From the NCBI GenBank assembly GCA_965243025.1, contig CBDETY010000003.1:5184001-5248000 (forward strand): a stretch of 64,000 nucleotides of DNA. The letters run 5' to 3'. Below the pieces are notes generated by a model. The model was not told the DNA's origin, did not search any database, and worked only from the letters and a program-made list of their open reading frames with translations. Source of the DNA: Candidatus Latescibacterota bacterium. Lineage in GTDB: Bacteria; Latescibacterota; UBA2968; UBA8231. Of the stretch, positions 1 through 9,063 are shown one piece after another. Made by a program: the position numbers and the translations under genes. The stretch's first letter is position 1, and each line of letters starts with the position of its first letter.

Positions 1-1
1 C

Positions 2-388
2 GTGCACGGCGGCAGGATGTGGGTTCTGGGCGGGGGCACCTACGATACCCCTGCAACTCCGGTCCGGAAGTTCTACAACGACGTCTGGAGCTCGGAAGAC
101 GGGGAGAGCTGGGAACTGCACCTGGCGCACGCACCGTGGGCTCCCAGGCAGTACCACGAGGTGGCGGCGTTCGACGGCCGCATGTGGGTGCTCGAAGGCT
201 GGGCCCCGGAGAGCGGGAATCGCCGGGATGTGTGGTATTCGGCCGATGGTGCGGACTGGACCGAACTTCCGGATACCCCCTGGGCGCCCCGGCATGCGGG
301 GAGCGTGTTCGTGTACGACGGGTCGCTGTGGATGGTGGCGGGGAACAACATGGAGCCGGATGTCTGGAGGCTTTCCCCCAGGGGATAG
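2..388 (+). CDS. Kelch/beta-propeller repeat protein, 5'-truncated by window edge
   Basis: Repeats 'GRMWVLGG...NDVWSSEDGESW...APWAPRQYH', 'GRMWVLEG...DVWYSADGADW...TPWAPRHA', 'GSLWMVAG' are Kelch-like. Confidence 0.75.
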   Translation: MHGGRMWVLGGGTYDTPATPVRKFYNDVWSSEDGESWELHLAHAPWAPRQYHEVAAFDGRMWVLEGWAPESGNRRDVWYSADGADWTELPDTPWAPRHAGSVFVYDGSLWMVAGNNMEPDVWRLSPRG

Positions 389-395
389 GTGTTTT

Positions 396-1241
396 ATGGA
401 CCGAAGAATGGCGGAATACCGGGCTCAGGGTTATACCGTATTCGAAGGGCTGTACGACGAACCCACCATGCAGGCCTGGCGCCGCGAGCAGGACCGGCTG
501 GAAGCCCTCTCCGCGGAGGGGCCCCATGGGCAGGAACCCACCGATTGGTTCGGCAACATGCTCGAAAGAGCGCCGCAACTGATGTGGCCGGCAGTGGCTC
601 ATCCGGTCATTCTCGACTTTGCCGAGCAGGTGGTGGGGCCTTTCGTGCAGCTCGACAACCTCACCCTTGCCGCCTTTCCCTCGGTGGACCCGGGTGAAGC
701 CGCCGGCAAGGCCAGCCGTTGGCATCGAGACCGCTGGTCCCGCATGCCAAGCGGCACGTACGAACGTCCTCTGGCCTTCAATGCCATCTGCTATCTGCAG
801 GATCTGGACGACCAGTACGGGCCGCTCAGGGTTCTGCCGGGTTCTCACGTCGAACCGGTTGCCCTGTCCGAGGAGGAGACCCGGACTCCCCACCGGGACG
901 AGCGGTTGATCCGCATGAAAGCCGGCGACGTGGTTTTCACCCACAGTGGCCTGCTTCACTCGGGGACGCCCAATACCTCGGGACGCAAGCGCTACTTCTT
1001 CAGTGTGTACTACAACATCTCCTGGCTCAAGCACACGGATACCTTCACCGGACCCAACTGCCAGCAGCTCATCGCCTGGGCCCGGAGCAGGCAGGACCAC
1101 AGGGCCCTGCGCCTGTTGGGCCGGGACGAGCACCTGCAGAGCCGCGGCAACAGCGGTTTCCAGCAGCCCGACGAAGCGCGCTGGCGTCAGTGGGCCCGGG
1201 AAGACCAGCGCGCTCTGGAAGAGGCCGCCAGACGGGAATAG
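396..1241 (+). CDS. Phytanoyl-CoA dioxygenase (PhyH) family Fe(II)/2OG dioxygenase
   Basis: WHRD motif, GPLRVLPGSH, 'KAGDVVFTHSGLLHSGTPN..R'; start moved to ATG 396 just after the upstream stop. Confidence 0.85.
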   Translation: MDRRMAEYRAQGYTVFEGLYDEPTMQAWRREQDRLEALSAEGPHGQEPTDWFGNMLERAPQLMWPAVAHPVILDFAEQVVGPFVQLDNLTLAAFPSVDPGEAAGKASRWHRDRWSRMPSGTYERPLAFNAICYLQDLDDQYGPLRVLPGSHVEPVALSEEETRTPHRDERLIRMKAGDVVFTHSGLLHSGTPNTSGRKRYFFSVYYNISWLKHTDTFTGPNCQQLIAWARSRQDHRALRLLGRDEHLQSRGNSGFQQPDEARWRQWAREDQRALEEAARRE

Positions 1242-1247
1242 TCCGCG

Positions 1248-2465
1248 ATGCTGGATTTCAAACCACCTGAGCCCGGCACGGCAACGATTCAACTGTTGCG
1301 AGCCCTGATGCCGCTTGTGAACCGCTGGTATCTGAAAGGGTTGACCCTGGATGTCGATGCGGAGTCGATTGCCCGGTTGAAGGCGATACGAGGGCACTCA
1401 GCGGTCCTGGCCCCCAACCATCCGGCGCACGAAGACCCCGCGGTACTGTTCCTCCTGTCGAAGGAACTGTCGCAGCCGTTCTACTACATGGCCGCCCGCG
1501 AGGTCTTCGACAAGGGCAGGTTCGGGGCTGTCAGATGCAAACTGCTGCAGCGGGTCGGTGTGTACTCGGTGGTGCGCGGAACCGTGGACAGGGACGCATT
1601 CCGGACGACCCGGAAGCTCCTGTCAGAGGGGGATTGGCCCATCGTCATCTTTGGCGAAGGGGAAATTTCCCGCCAGAACGACACCGTAATGCGTTTCGAG
1701 AGAGGCATCGTTCAAATGTGCTTCTGGGCACTGGACGACATGGAAAAGGCGGAAGTCGGGAAGCCCCTCCATGTCGTGCCCGTCGGCATCAAGTACCGTT
1801 ACCCGCGAGACATGTGGAACTCCGTCGATGCCGCTCTCGCGAGGCTGGAACGCCATATACTCCCCCCTGCCGAACGGACGCCGGTGGAACGCTACGACCG
1901 GTTGCGCCGAATCGGCGTCGCCATATTCAGGACGCTCGCTGCGGAATACCAGTACGAGATGGATGAAGCCGTATCGCTCGAAGTGCATATCGAAAGGTTG
2001 AAAGACGCGATCCTGGCACGTGCCGAAGGGATTATGGGTATTCAGACTGAAGCGGACATACTCACAAGGACACGGGCGCTGAAAAACATGGTTGATGCAA
2101 GTGTTTATCGGGACCTCGAGCAGATGACGGAGTACGAACGGAAAATACATGAAGAGCAGCTCCAGAAATTCCAGCAGTTCTATCCCGACCTGGAGCGGTT
2201 GATCAACTTCATATCGATTACCGACGGGTACGTCGCTGAAGAGCCGTCCCAGGAGCGGTTTCTCGACGTGATTCTCCGTCTTGAAAGAGAGGTCTTCGGG
2301 AGCTCGGAATTGCGGGGGCCGCGGGTGGCATCGGTCCGCGTCGGTGAACCGAAAAACCTCCGGGAATGTCACGACGCTTACAGAGCCCGGAAAAGAGAAA
2401 CGGTAGAACAGGTAACCCGGGAAGTTGAAACGTCGGTTCAGAATCTGGTCGGTGGGTTGGCCTGA
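1248..2465 (+). CDS. PlsC-like (1-acyl-sn-glycerol-3-phosphate) acyltransferase family protein, long form
   Basis: NHPAHED (HxxxxD) motif, 'IFGEGEIS' block, 'VVPVGIKY'. Confidence 0.8.
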   Translation: MLDFKPPEPGTATIQLLRALMPLVNRWYLKGLTLDVDAESIARLKAIRGHSAVLAPNHPAHEDPAVLFLLSKELSQPFYYMAAREVFDKGRFGAVRCKLLQRVGVYSVVRGTVDRDAFRTTRKLLSEGDWPIVIFGEGEISRQNDTVMRFERGIVQMCFWALDDMEKAEVGKPLHVVPVGIKYRYPRDMWNSVDAALARLERHILPPAERTPVERYDRLRRIGVAIFRTLAAEYQYEMDEAVSLEVHIERLKDAILARAEGIMGIQTEADILTRTRALKNMVDASVYRDLEQMTEYERKIHEEQLQKFQQFYPDLERLINFISITDGYVAEEPSQERFLDVILRLEREVFGSSELRGPRVASVRVGEPKNLRECHDAYRARKRETVEQVTREVETSVQNLVGGLA

Positions 2466-2583
2466 ACTTCATGGACAATGGCATTGCCCGAACTGCGGCG
2501 CCTGACCTTCCACGCCCCGGGCAGGCACGATCAGCTAATGCCCGGCCTTCAGGTCGCCTGAGAGTCTCAGCCCCGCACCCTTG

Positions 2584-3018
2584 CTACGGATCGCGAGCCT
2601 CGATTGTCGAGGAAACGTCAGATGGGGTGCACGAGAAGCCCCGTTCCGCGAAATGCTCGTCGAAGGCGAAAACTTCCCGCAGACCTGCACGAGACATGAA
2701 AGCGAAGCTGACGCAGTCAACGAGGCTCAGGCGTCTGCGGCCGGCGGCGAGCATGGAAGCCATCCCGACGGAGTGGAGACCTTCGTCGATCCATTCGACC
2801 CGCAGGACAGGTCTGATGTCCTGGTCGAGTGCGCGAACGGCATCTACTCCAAGCCGGTGCTGGATGAGGGCGGTCGTCTCCACCAGGATGTAGCTGGTCG
2901 TAACGAGAGAGAAGGCGCCGCGCACGAGACGGTGCCACTCTGCGGTTGCCCGCGAATGCTGGTCGTCGTCGGCATCGAGAACTGCGTAAATCGCGGAGGT
3001 ATCGACCAGGACACTCAC
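2584..3018 (-). CDS. vapC: PIN-domain ribonuclease toxin (VapC)
   Basis: N-terminal VLVDTSA, 'ILVET', 'LSLVDCVSF', 'FAFDEHF' acidic PIN residues; overlaps antitoxin stop. Confidence 0.9.
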   Translation of the reverse strand: MSVLVDTSAIYAVLDADDDQHSRATAEWHRLVRGAFSLVTTSYILVETTALIQHRLGVDAVRALDQDIRPVLRVEWIDEGLHSVGMASMLAAGRRRLSLVDCVSFAFMSRAGLREVFAFDEHFAERGFSCTPSDVSSTIEARDP

Positions 3019-3266
3019 CTGCGGTATGCATCCTGCAGGTGGAGGTCATGTTTCGCGGCCCCATCGCCTCCCCCGGATCGGAATTTGCCGGCCACCGAGA
3101 GCGCACGTTCGATGCGCTCCTCATCGGTTGGGGCTGTCTCCGTCGAACGCAGCAGGAGATCGACCCCCTGGCGAATCACCGTCGCCATGGAAACCTGACG
3201 CTCGGCGGCGATCCGCTTGACGTGCCGCGCCTGTTCATCGGTCAACTGAATCTGTGTTCGAACCAT
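3015..3266 (-). CDS. vapB: CopG/ribbon-helix-helix antitoxin (VapB)
   Basis: 'MVRTQIQLTDEQ...SMATVIRQGVD' RHH; C-terminal 'HDLHL'; 4-bp overlap with vapC. Confidence 0.85.
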   Translation of the reverse strand: MVRTQIQLTDEQARHVKRIAAERQVSMATVIRQGVDLLLRSTETAPTDEERIERALSVAGKFRSGGGDGAAKHDLHLQDAYRR

Positions 3267-3279
3267 TCCGATGGCCTCA

Positions 3280-3308
3280 TGTTATCATATTATGTTGTAA
3301 TGATAACA
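3280..3308. promoter_or_regulatory. Inverted-repeat operator of the vapBC operon
   Basis: Perfect arms TGTTATCAT-N11-ATGATAACA in an AT-rich patch 13 bp upstream of the vapB start. Confidence 0.7.
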
Positions 3309-3500
3309 CATCGACAGACAGAATCAATCCGACGCGGGGGCGACGCCAGCACGGGGTCAGGATGATGAGGCGGTCCCAGTTGGGCAGAGCCCTGATCCAG
3401 CCGGGTGGATGGGGGAAGCGTCAGCTCGGCCTCCGAGGCCGGGATTTTCAACCCCTGGCCGAGCCCGGTGGACAAGGTCGGGCACGGCCGGAACAGCACA

Positions 3501-4082
3501 CTAATGCAATTCCGTTGCATCTCCGGCCAGGGCGAAGAACCGGTCTCCCTCCGACCACAGCCGTATTCCGACACCGTCGTGGATCGCCTCCAGGGCGTCG
3601 AGGCGGACCAGCTCCTCGGTCGCTGACGTGACGTAGAGGGTGTGCCGCCGTCCGTCGACGTTCAGCCTGACGAGCCCGGCAAGACGGCCCTGGATGGAGC
3701 AGTAGCGAGCGCCGGCCACCGCGGCGCCAGGGATCGGGACTCCCGGCTCCGGGGCGATGCCGAGGCGGGGAAGAGCGAGGGCGGCATCGGAAAAGCTCGC
3801 TGCCTCGAATTCGGGAGGCAGGTTCTTGCTGTGGTTCATCGCGACCTCGGCGAGGACGGCGTTGCGGAAGTCCGCCGCCTTCTGGTGAAGGTGGATGCCG
3901 CCGAGGCTGACCAGGAGCATGGCGGCAACGCCCGTAATCAAGGCCGGTTTCCACCGGTTGCGGCGGGCTTTCCGGCCTTCTTCCACGAGGCGGTCGACGC
4001 GGTGGCCGGCAAGGCGGTGTTCCGCGTAATACCGGCGCAGCGCCCCGTCGAGAGGGGCGTCGTTGCAGGCGGCGTCACTCAT
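3501..4082 (-). CDS. Putative single-pass anti-sigma factor
   Basis: ATGA overlap with ECF sigma; short cytoplasmic N-terminus, one TM segment (ALITGVAAMLLVSLGG), extracytoplasmic domain 'VAMNH...GARYCSIQG'. Confidence 0.7.
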   Translation of the reverse strand: MSDAACNDAPLDGALRRYYAEHRLAGHRVDRLVEEGRKARRNRWKPALITGVAAMLLVSLGGIHLHQKAADFRNAVLAEVAMNHSKNLPPEFEAASFSDAALALPRLGIAPEPGVPIPGAAVAGARYCSIQGRLAGLVRLNVDGRRHTLYVTSATEELVRLDALEAIHDGVGIRLWSEGDRFFALAGDATELH

Positions 4083-4540
4083 CGGTCCTCCCGCCTGGCC
4101 TGGTCGCGGATGAGCCTGCGCAGGCGCGCCTTGCCGCGGTGGATGAGGCTGAGGACGGTTCCCCGGGGCCGCTCCATGAGCTCGGCCGCTTCTGCCGCCG
4201 TGAATCCCTGCACGACCTGGAGGTAGATCGCCTCGCGTTCCTCGGGCCGCAGTCGCGACAGGGCCTGTTCCAGGTCAACCCGGTCCAGGTGCAGGTCCTC
4301 CGTCGGCCCGGGTGCCGGATGCGTCTCTTCCTCGAGGCTCTCGCTCGGGAAGCGCCGCTGCCGGCGCCAGGCATCGAAGTAGAGGTTGCGGATCGTCGTG
4401 AACAGCAGCGGCCGGTCCGGGTGCCGCCGACCACGGCGAGCCAGCCGGAGATAGGCTTCGTGCACGAGGTCTTCGGCGTCGGCTTCCACCCCGGTCAAAG
4501 ACAGGGCATAGCCGTATCCGGCCTGGATCAGCTCCCTCAA
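4079..4540 (-). CDS. ECF-type RNA polymerase sigma factor
   Basis: Region 2 'DAEDLVHEAYLRL...LFTTIRNLYFD', region 4 'LRPEEREAIYL...TAAEAAELMERPRGTVLSLIHRG'; TTG start overlaps upstream stop. Confidence 0.9.
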   Translation of the reverse strand: MRELIQAGYGYALSLTGVEADAEDLVHEAYLRLARRGRRHPDRPLLFTTIRNLYFDAWRRQRRFPSESLEEETHPAPGPTEDLHLDRVDLEQALSRLRPEEREAIYLQVVQGFTAAEAAELMERPRGTVLSLIHRGKARLRRLIRDQARREDR

Positions 4541-4941
4541 TCCTTCGATTCGCTCGGGGTCTCTTCGACGCGGTAGGGGCGCTTGGTTCCGGCGACCTTG
4601 TGGACGATGGCGTCGAGAACCCGCAAATCCTCCTTTTCGCCGGCGACGAGGAAGTCGACGTCGATCATGGTGCCGTCGGCGGAGGTGAAGTCGGCGCAGC
4701 TGACGTAGAACTCCCCCTTGCGGACGACGCCGCTATGGAGCTCGACGAATCCGAGCCTCAGGAGCTCCCCTTCGACCCCATCGTAGACGACGTACTTCTC
4801 ACCGACGCGGTTCGCGTCGATGTGGGCTTTCATTGCCTTCTGCACCCCCGCCTTTTCCTCTTTCGGGATGTTTGGATCGTCGGCGGAGTGGGCGGAGGCG
4901 GCGAGGAGGGTTGCGAGGCCGAGGGCGATCGCGAAGCGCAT
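4537..4941 (-). CDS. Small secreted hypothetical protein, first gene of the ECF operon
   Basis: AGGAG RBS, signal peptide MRFAIALGLATLLAASAHS-A; 134 aa; coupled to sigma gene. Confidence 0.7.
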   Translation of the reverse strand: MRFAIALGLATLLAASAHSADDPNIPKEEKAGVQKAMKAHIDANRVGEKYVVYDGVEGELLRLGFVELHSGVVRKGEFYVSCADFTSADGTMIDVDFLVAGEKEDLRVLDAIVHKVAGTKRPYRVEETPSESKD

Positions 4942-5100
4942 GGTCCTGCTCCTGGTTGATGAGTGAAGGGGACTTGCCACATTAACGAACCAAGGGCCAC
5001 AATGATTGCGTGGTGTAAGTGACGCGCAACAGTTTGGTTCACGGACAGGAAGAAGGTTGCTGACGAGGTTGGCCAACCTGGTTTCGATGGGGGACCCCAG

Positions 5101-5499
5101 ATGAGCGAATGGTTGCGGGACGCGGCCCTGGTCGGTGTCGGTGGGTTCTTCGGGGCTGCCGGGAGGTTTCTCCTGAGCGGCTGGATCGGCGCTCACTCGG
5201 GGCAGTTCCCTTACGGCACCCTGGCGGTGAATGTAATCGGATCGCTGGCGATCGGTTTCCTGGTGGCGGGGCTGGCCGAGCGGGTTCTGGCGGGGGCAGC
5301 GGTGAGGTTGCTGGTGATGGCCGGGTTTCTCGGCGCCTTCACCACGTTTTCGGCGTTCAGCTACGAATCGGTCCAGCTGTGGAACCAAGGCCGCTGGCCG
5401 GCCTTGCTCGCCAACATCGGCTTGAGCGTCGGCGGCTGCCTGCTGGCCACCTCCACCGGAATGGTTGCGGCGCGCGCCCTGACCCCGGGCCAGCCCTAG
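5101..5499 (+). CDS. crcB: Fluoride efflux channel Fluc/CrcB
   Basis: 'GGFFGAAGRF', 'FPYGTLAVNVIGS', 'GFLGAFTTFSAFSYE' signatures. Confidence 0.95.
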   Translation: MSEWLRDAALVGVGGFFGAAGRFLLSGWIGAHSGQFPYGTLAVNVIGSLAIGFLVAGLAERVLAGAAVRLLVMAGFLGAFTTFSAFSYESVQLWNQGRWPALLANIGLSVGGCLLATSTGMVAARALTPGQP

Positions 5500-5601
5500 G
5501 TGTCTCCGCGGCCCGGCGCGGCCCTCCCTGCCGGCCGGGATTCACCTTGCCGGATTTGAGAACCGCCATGCTGGCGGTCCGTGCAACCCACTGGCACCGT
5601 T

Positions 5602-6150
5602 TCAGAACAGTATATCGGCAAACGTCAACAGCCATGCCTCGAAGTCGATGCCTTGCCTGTCCTGCTGAACCACTGTTTGTGGCTGTTGAGCATGTGGTGA
5701 TCCCGAACGCAGCACCAACCTGGACAAGTGCTCGTGGACGAGGTGCCACCCATCTCCCTGCCGGACCCACACGCTGGAGAGGCGAAAGGTGTTCATGCGG
5801 CCGCCCTGTTTTTTCCGGGAGATTCTCGCGTCCAGGTACCCTGTCACCACGGCGGTGTCGTCGAGGAGTTGCACCTCGATATGGCGGGGTTCGAAGGCGA
5901 AAGTGAGCCCGGCCTTGAACCCGGCTTTCATGCGGTCCTGGTCGAACCCCTCGCGCAGCAGACCGCCGGATGAGGAGAAAATGGAATAGTCCGGTGAAAA
6001 ATTGCGGCCAAGTGCTTCATGGTCCCTGGCTGCGAAAGCCCGGTAATGGTCCATCACCGTTGACCGCACGCTCTCCTCGTCGGTGGAACCGGGGGCCGGC
6101 AACAGGGCCAGTGTGCAGAAGACAGGGAGAAAATGCCTGAAGTTGATCAT
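5602..6150 (-). CDS. Secreted NTF2/SnoaL-like (DUF4440-type) protein
   Basis: Signal peptide; 'IEVQLLDDTAVVTG...RLSSVWVRQGDGWHLVHEHLS'. Confidence 0.8.
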   Translation of the reverse strand: MINFRHFLPVFCTLALLPAPGSTDEESVRSTVMDHYRAFAARDHEALGRNFSPDYSIFSSSGGLLREGFDQDRMKAGFKAGLTFAFEPRHIEVQLLDDTAVVTGYLDARISRKKQGGRMNTFRLSSVWVRQGDGWHLVHEHLSRLVLRSGSPHAQQPQTVVQQDRQGIDFEAWLLTFADILF

Positions 6151-6222
6151 GGAGGGTGAAATCCCCTTTCGGTATCTGACGCAAAGGAAGCGACGGAAGC
6201 GGGTGGCTTAACTACAAATCGG

Positions 6223-6246
6223 TTACTAATTCATTGAAAATCAGTA
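6223..6246. repeat. Palindromic site copy 1 (TTACTAAT-N9-ATCAGTA)
   Basis: ttactaat-tcattgaaa-atcagta; same arms and spacer length as sites at 9001 and 10421, one mismatch. Confidence 0.6.
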
Positions 6247-6503
6247 GGATTGTGCCCCGGTACCGTATTGGGTCAGCAGGAAGTCACGCCCGATTTTCCC
6301 TGAAGGGACGCTCCAGATCAAGAACCTGGTCAGCTTGAGCGGCCCCTGTTTGCCAGTTGGCACCTTCGCCGGAATGGCTGCCGCTTGCGGCTGACCGGGT
6401 TTGGCAGTAATGGGATCCGAGGTGACCGAATGGCCCGATACACTGGATGCCCAGGAATGGGAGGGTGTTCGAATAGGAGGAGTCGCTGGAGAAGGGCGTT
6501 CGA

Positions 6504-7307
6504 TTACATCCCGTCGGACAATCGCTGCCTGTACCTTTCCAAATCTTCCAAGCTCACGGCATCCGGCGGAACTAACTGGTAGTGCTTCTCCGATACCACC
6601 TTTACATCCTCCCCTTCCTGCTCGAACTCGAAGAGCGCGATCAGGTCATCCTGCATCAGCTGGGTTCCTACGGGCCGGCAGATCAGAGAGGGCAGCTTGT
6701 CCGCACAAAGGGCAATGTCCTGCTCGATCTGTACTCGGTTCAGACTGTCATTTCCGCCCTTGGCCTGAACAGGCACCACGTAGTGAGATCCGCCTTTATC
6801 TACGCCGACGTAAATTTCGTCCGTTTCTACCTGTCCCATACCGCGAACCGTTGTCCGCAAATGGTTCTGAAGGGAGTAACAGGCGATTCCGAGGAAAATA
6901 TCGATCAGACGGTTGTAGCGAACGCGGGCCAACACAGCCTGTTCGTCGCTGAATGCGTACTTGGCGATTATTCCCGGAGTCGAGTCGGGTATTTTCGTAG
7001 AAGCCAGGTCCGGGTTGGGGGCAAGGGGTCGGTCGCTGACCAGGGCAAAGCGGTATTTGCCTATCCCAGTCGAGCGGATGATCCAGGTTTCGCCGACAGG
7101 TGCTTTTTCCAAAATGCTGGAAGGGAGCTCCGTTCTGTACCGGAAGCTGTAGATCACATCTCCCAGGTTCTTGGGCAGACGAATATTCAGCCTGGAAGCG
7201 AACTCGGAAATCTCCTCTCGTTCGAAGTTCACTTCCCGTTGCCCGCTCTCATACTTGGAGTGGAAAATCTCCTCGATGATAGTTGTATAGCGATTCTTTG
7301 AAGGAAT
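6504..7307 (-). CDS. Putative Type II restriction endonuclease, PD-(D/E)xK-like
   Basis: Follows the MTase by 16 bp; 'VETDEIYVG...VPVQAK' catalytic-like motif; frame is open upstream of GTG 7232 to an ATT at 7307 preceded by GGAGG. Confidence 0.7.
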   Translation of the reverse strand: MPSKNRYTTIIEEIFHSKYESGQREVNFEREEISEFASRLNIRLPKNLGDVIYSFRYRTELPSSILEKAPVGETWIIRSTGIGKYRFALVSDRPLAPNPDLASTKIPDSTPGIIAKYAFSDEQAVLARVRYNRLIDIFLGIACYSLQNHLRTTVRGMGQVETDEIYVGVDKGGSHYVVPVQAKGGNDSLNRVQIEQDIALCADKLPSLICRPVGTQLMQDDLIALFEFEQEGEDVKVVSEKHYQLVPPDAVSLEDLERYRQRLSDGM

Positions 7308-7323
7308 GGTTTTCCCCTCCCGG

Positions 7324-8652
7324 TCAGTTGCCCTGCCATTCCAGGAGGACGACCTCTTCTCGCAGTTGGTCCCCCGTAACTGTTGATGGTCTGGTCCGAA
7401 ACAGGTCGATGCCGGTGACTTTGTAGTTCAGGGATCGGGCGAGATCCGCAAGCAACTGTCCGGTGCGGATCATTACCCTCAAATAGGAAGCCTGGTCACC
7501 CACCACATAGGCGAGCTTTGCTCCCGGCGTGAGGACCGGTCTGAGGGAGGCAAGATGCCGTGCCATTCCGCCGAAGTACAGCTGGGTCACCCGCGGGTAC
7601 AGTCGTTCGAATCCGGATGTTTTTCCCAACTCGATACGGCGTCTCTCTATGGCCTCGGCGATTTTTCGTATCTCCACGTTGTCCGCAACCTCGTGGTCAT
7701 CGGTATCTGATTTATACACTCCCCTGGTATTGGATCTGACCAGGGTCTGTTTCAGAGATCGCAATTCCTTTCTGTCACGAATGAGTCCCAGGATGACCGA
7801 TTCCAGCCGCGTGGTGCGGGTGTAGTCCTTCTCGTTCGGGTACGGTGGAGAGGTAATTACGGCATTTATGGACTGTGGTTTCAGGATTTCGCCGGCTCCC
7901 CGCGAATCTGCCTTGATAACCCGCGCAGGGACGTCAGCCTGGTCTTTGTTCAGACGAAGGTCATGGATCATGGTCCGCATGCTGTCGACCCAGGCCTCCG
8001 AAACCGGAGCGTCCTTCTTGATCTGACCCACTCCCACTTCCGGGCCGAATTTCAGGTTGCCGATACGGTGAACCAGGGAACTCGCGAGCGCGAGCCGTCC
8101 GTATTGCTGCACCCGGCTGTCGCCGTGCCTGTCGATGGAGTCCAGCAGTACCAGCGTCTTGTGCAGCGGTAACGGGCTGATCGAGTCCTTCAGCAACAGT
8201 TTCGCCTGTTCCGGTGGAAGTCCTCGCAGCGAGGGGCGACGGCGTTTCTTCGCGGCAAACAGAGGAACGTCGTCCCACTCGTCGATCCCCTGCTGCTTCA
8301 GAGTCCTTCTCGCAGACGACACAACCTCCCGGGCATAGTCCTGGAGTTGGGTGGACTCGACCGACCAATCGACCTTCACCGAACTTGCGAAATGGGCCAT
8401 CGGTGTCGACTCGATGCCGACGCTGCCGATACCGAGTTTCTTGCACTCGACCAGTGTCGTTCCCGTTCCACAGAAGGGGTCGAGAACCGTGTCCGAGGCG
8501 GCGACGCCGAAACGGTCTACATAGTCCTGAACCAGATGAGGTGGGAACGACAGAACGAACCGGTACCAGTCGTGGATCCCCTTGTCCTCCGGGCGCAGCT
8601 TGTTCTGGCTCTCCCGGGAACGGGCAGTATTGGAAAGAACCTCGATCGGCAT
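7324..8652 (-). CDS. Amino-DNA methyltransferase (alpha motif order, probably m4C)
   Basis: Motif I 'VLDPFCGTGTT' precedes motif IV 'VITSPPY'. Confidence 0.9.
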   Translation of the reverse strand: MPIEVLSNTARSRESQNKLRPEDKGIHDWYRFVLSFPPHLVQDYVDRFGVAASDTVLDPFCGTGTTLVECKKLGIGSVGIESTPMAHFASSVKVDWSVESTQLQDYAREVVSSARRTLKQQGIDEWDDVPLFAAKKRRRPSLRGLPPEQAKLLLKDSISPLPLHKTLVLLDSIDRHGDSRVQQYGRLALASSLVHRIGNLKFGPEVGVGQIKKDAPVSEAWVDSMRTMIHDLRLNKDQADVPARVIKADSRGAGEILKPQSINAVITSPPYPNEKDYTRTTRLESVILGLIRDRKELRSLKQTLVRSNTRGVYKSDTDDHEVADNVEIRKIAEAIERRRIELGKTSGFERLYPRVTQLYFGGMARHLASLRPVLTPGAKLAYVVGDQASYLRVMIRTGQLLADLARSLNYKVTGIDLFRTRPSTVTGDQLREEVVLLEWQGN

Positions 8653-9000
8653 GGGCAGGTACAGGCAATCAGGCAGGTTTAACCAGCAGTCTACGAAATC
8701 CCGTCAGTCGGTGACAGCCACCAAAATGCTGTCGCCAAAAGGGCACGTGCAGGGTGGCTTCTCCTGTCATTGAACATTCTCGAGTTCTGCCGGTACTCAA
8801 CGGAAATTTCCTTTCCCCGACTATGACGTTTGTGTAGCCGTTCAGGCTAGCCGCGCCGACCAGATGATTTCGTCCAGGACCTTTGGTGCCCCCGGTGTCC
8901 AGAATTGATGGCCGGCCTATGGGGATGATCAGGGGTGACTGTTTTCTGGTCGAATTCATCCGATCCGAGAGGTTTTCTGCTTGGATTAGACACTAACAGA

Positions 9001-9024
9001 TTACTAATCTGCGCTGAATTAGTA
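9001..9024. repeat. Palindromic site copy 2 (TTACTAAT-N9-ATTAGTA)
   Basis: ttactaat-ctgcgctga-attagta between the fic stop and the MTase start. Confidence 0.7.
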
Positions 9025-9063
9025 TGGCGATGCTGGGAACCGATGTATTCGGGAAGCAGGGGA

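Noticed and set aside
3280-3308. dif/XerD-like site (TTATGTT)
   Set aside because: No matching XerC arm; better explained as the spacer of the vapBC operator palindrome.
4942-5100. Fluoride riboswitch upstream of crcB
   Set aside because: The expected GGCGATGG...GCTGATG/ACTCC-type core is not recognisable here.
8669-8959. 96-aa ORF as an R-M controller (C) protein
   Set aside because: No HTH pattern and non-protein-like composition; probably spurious.
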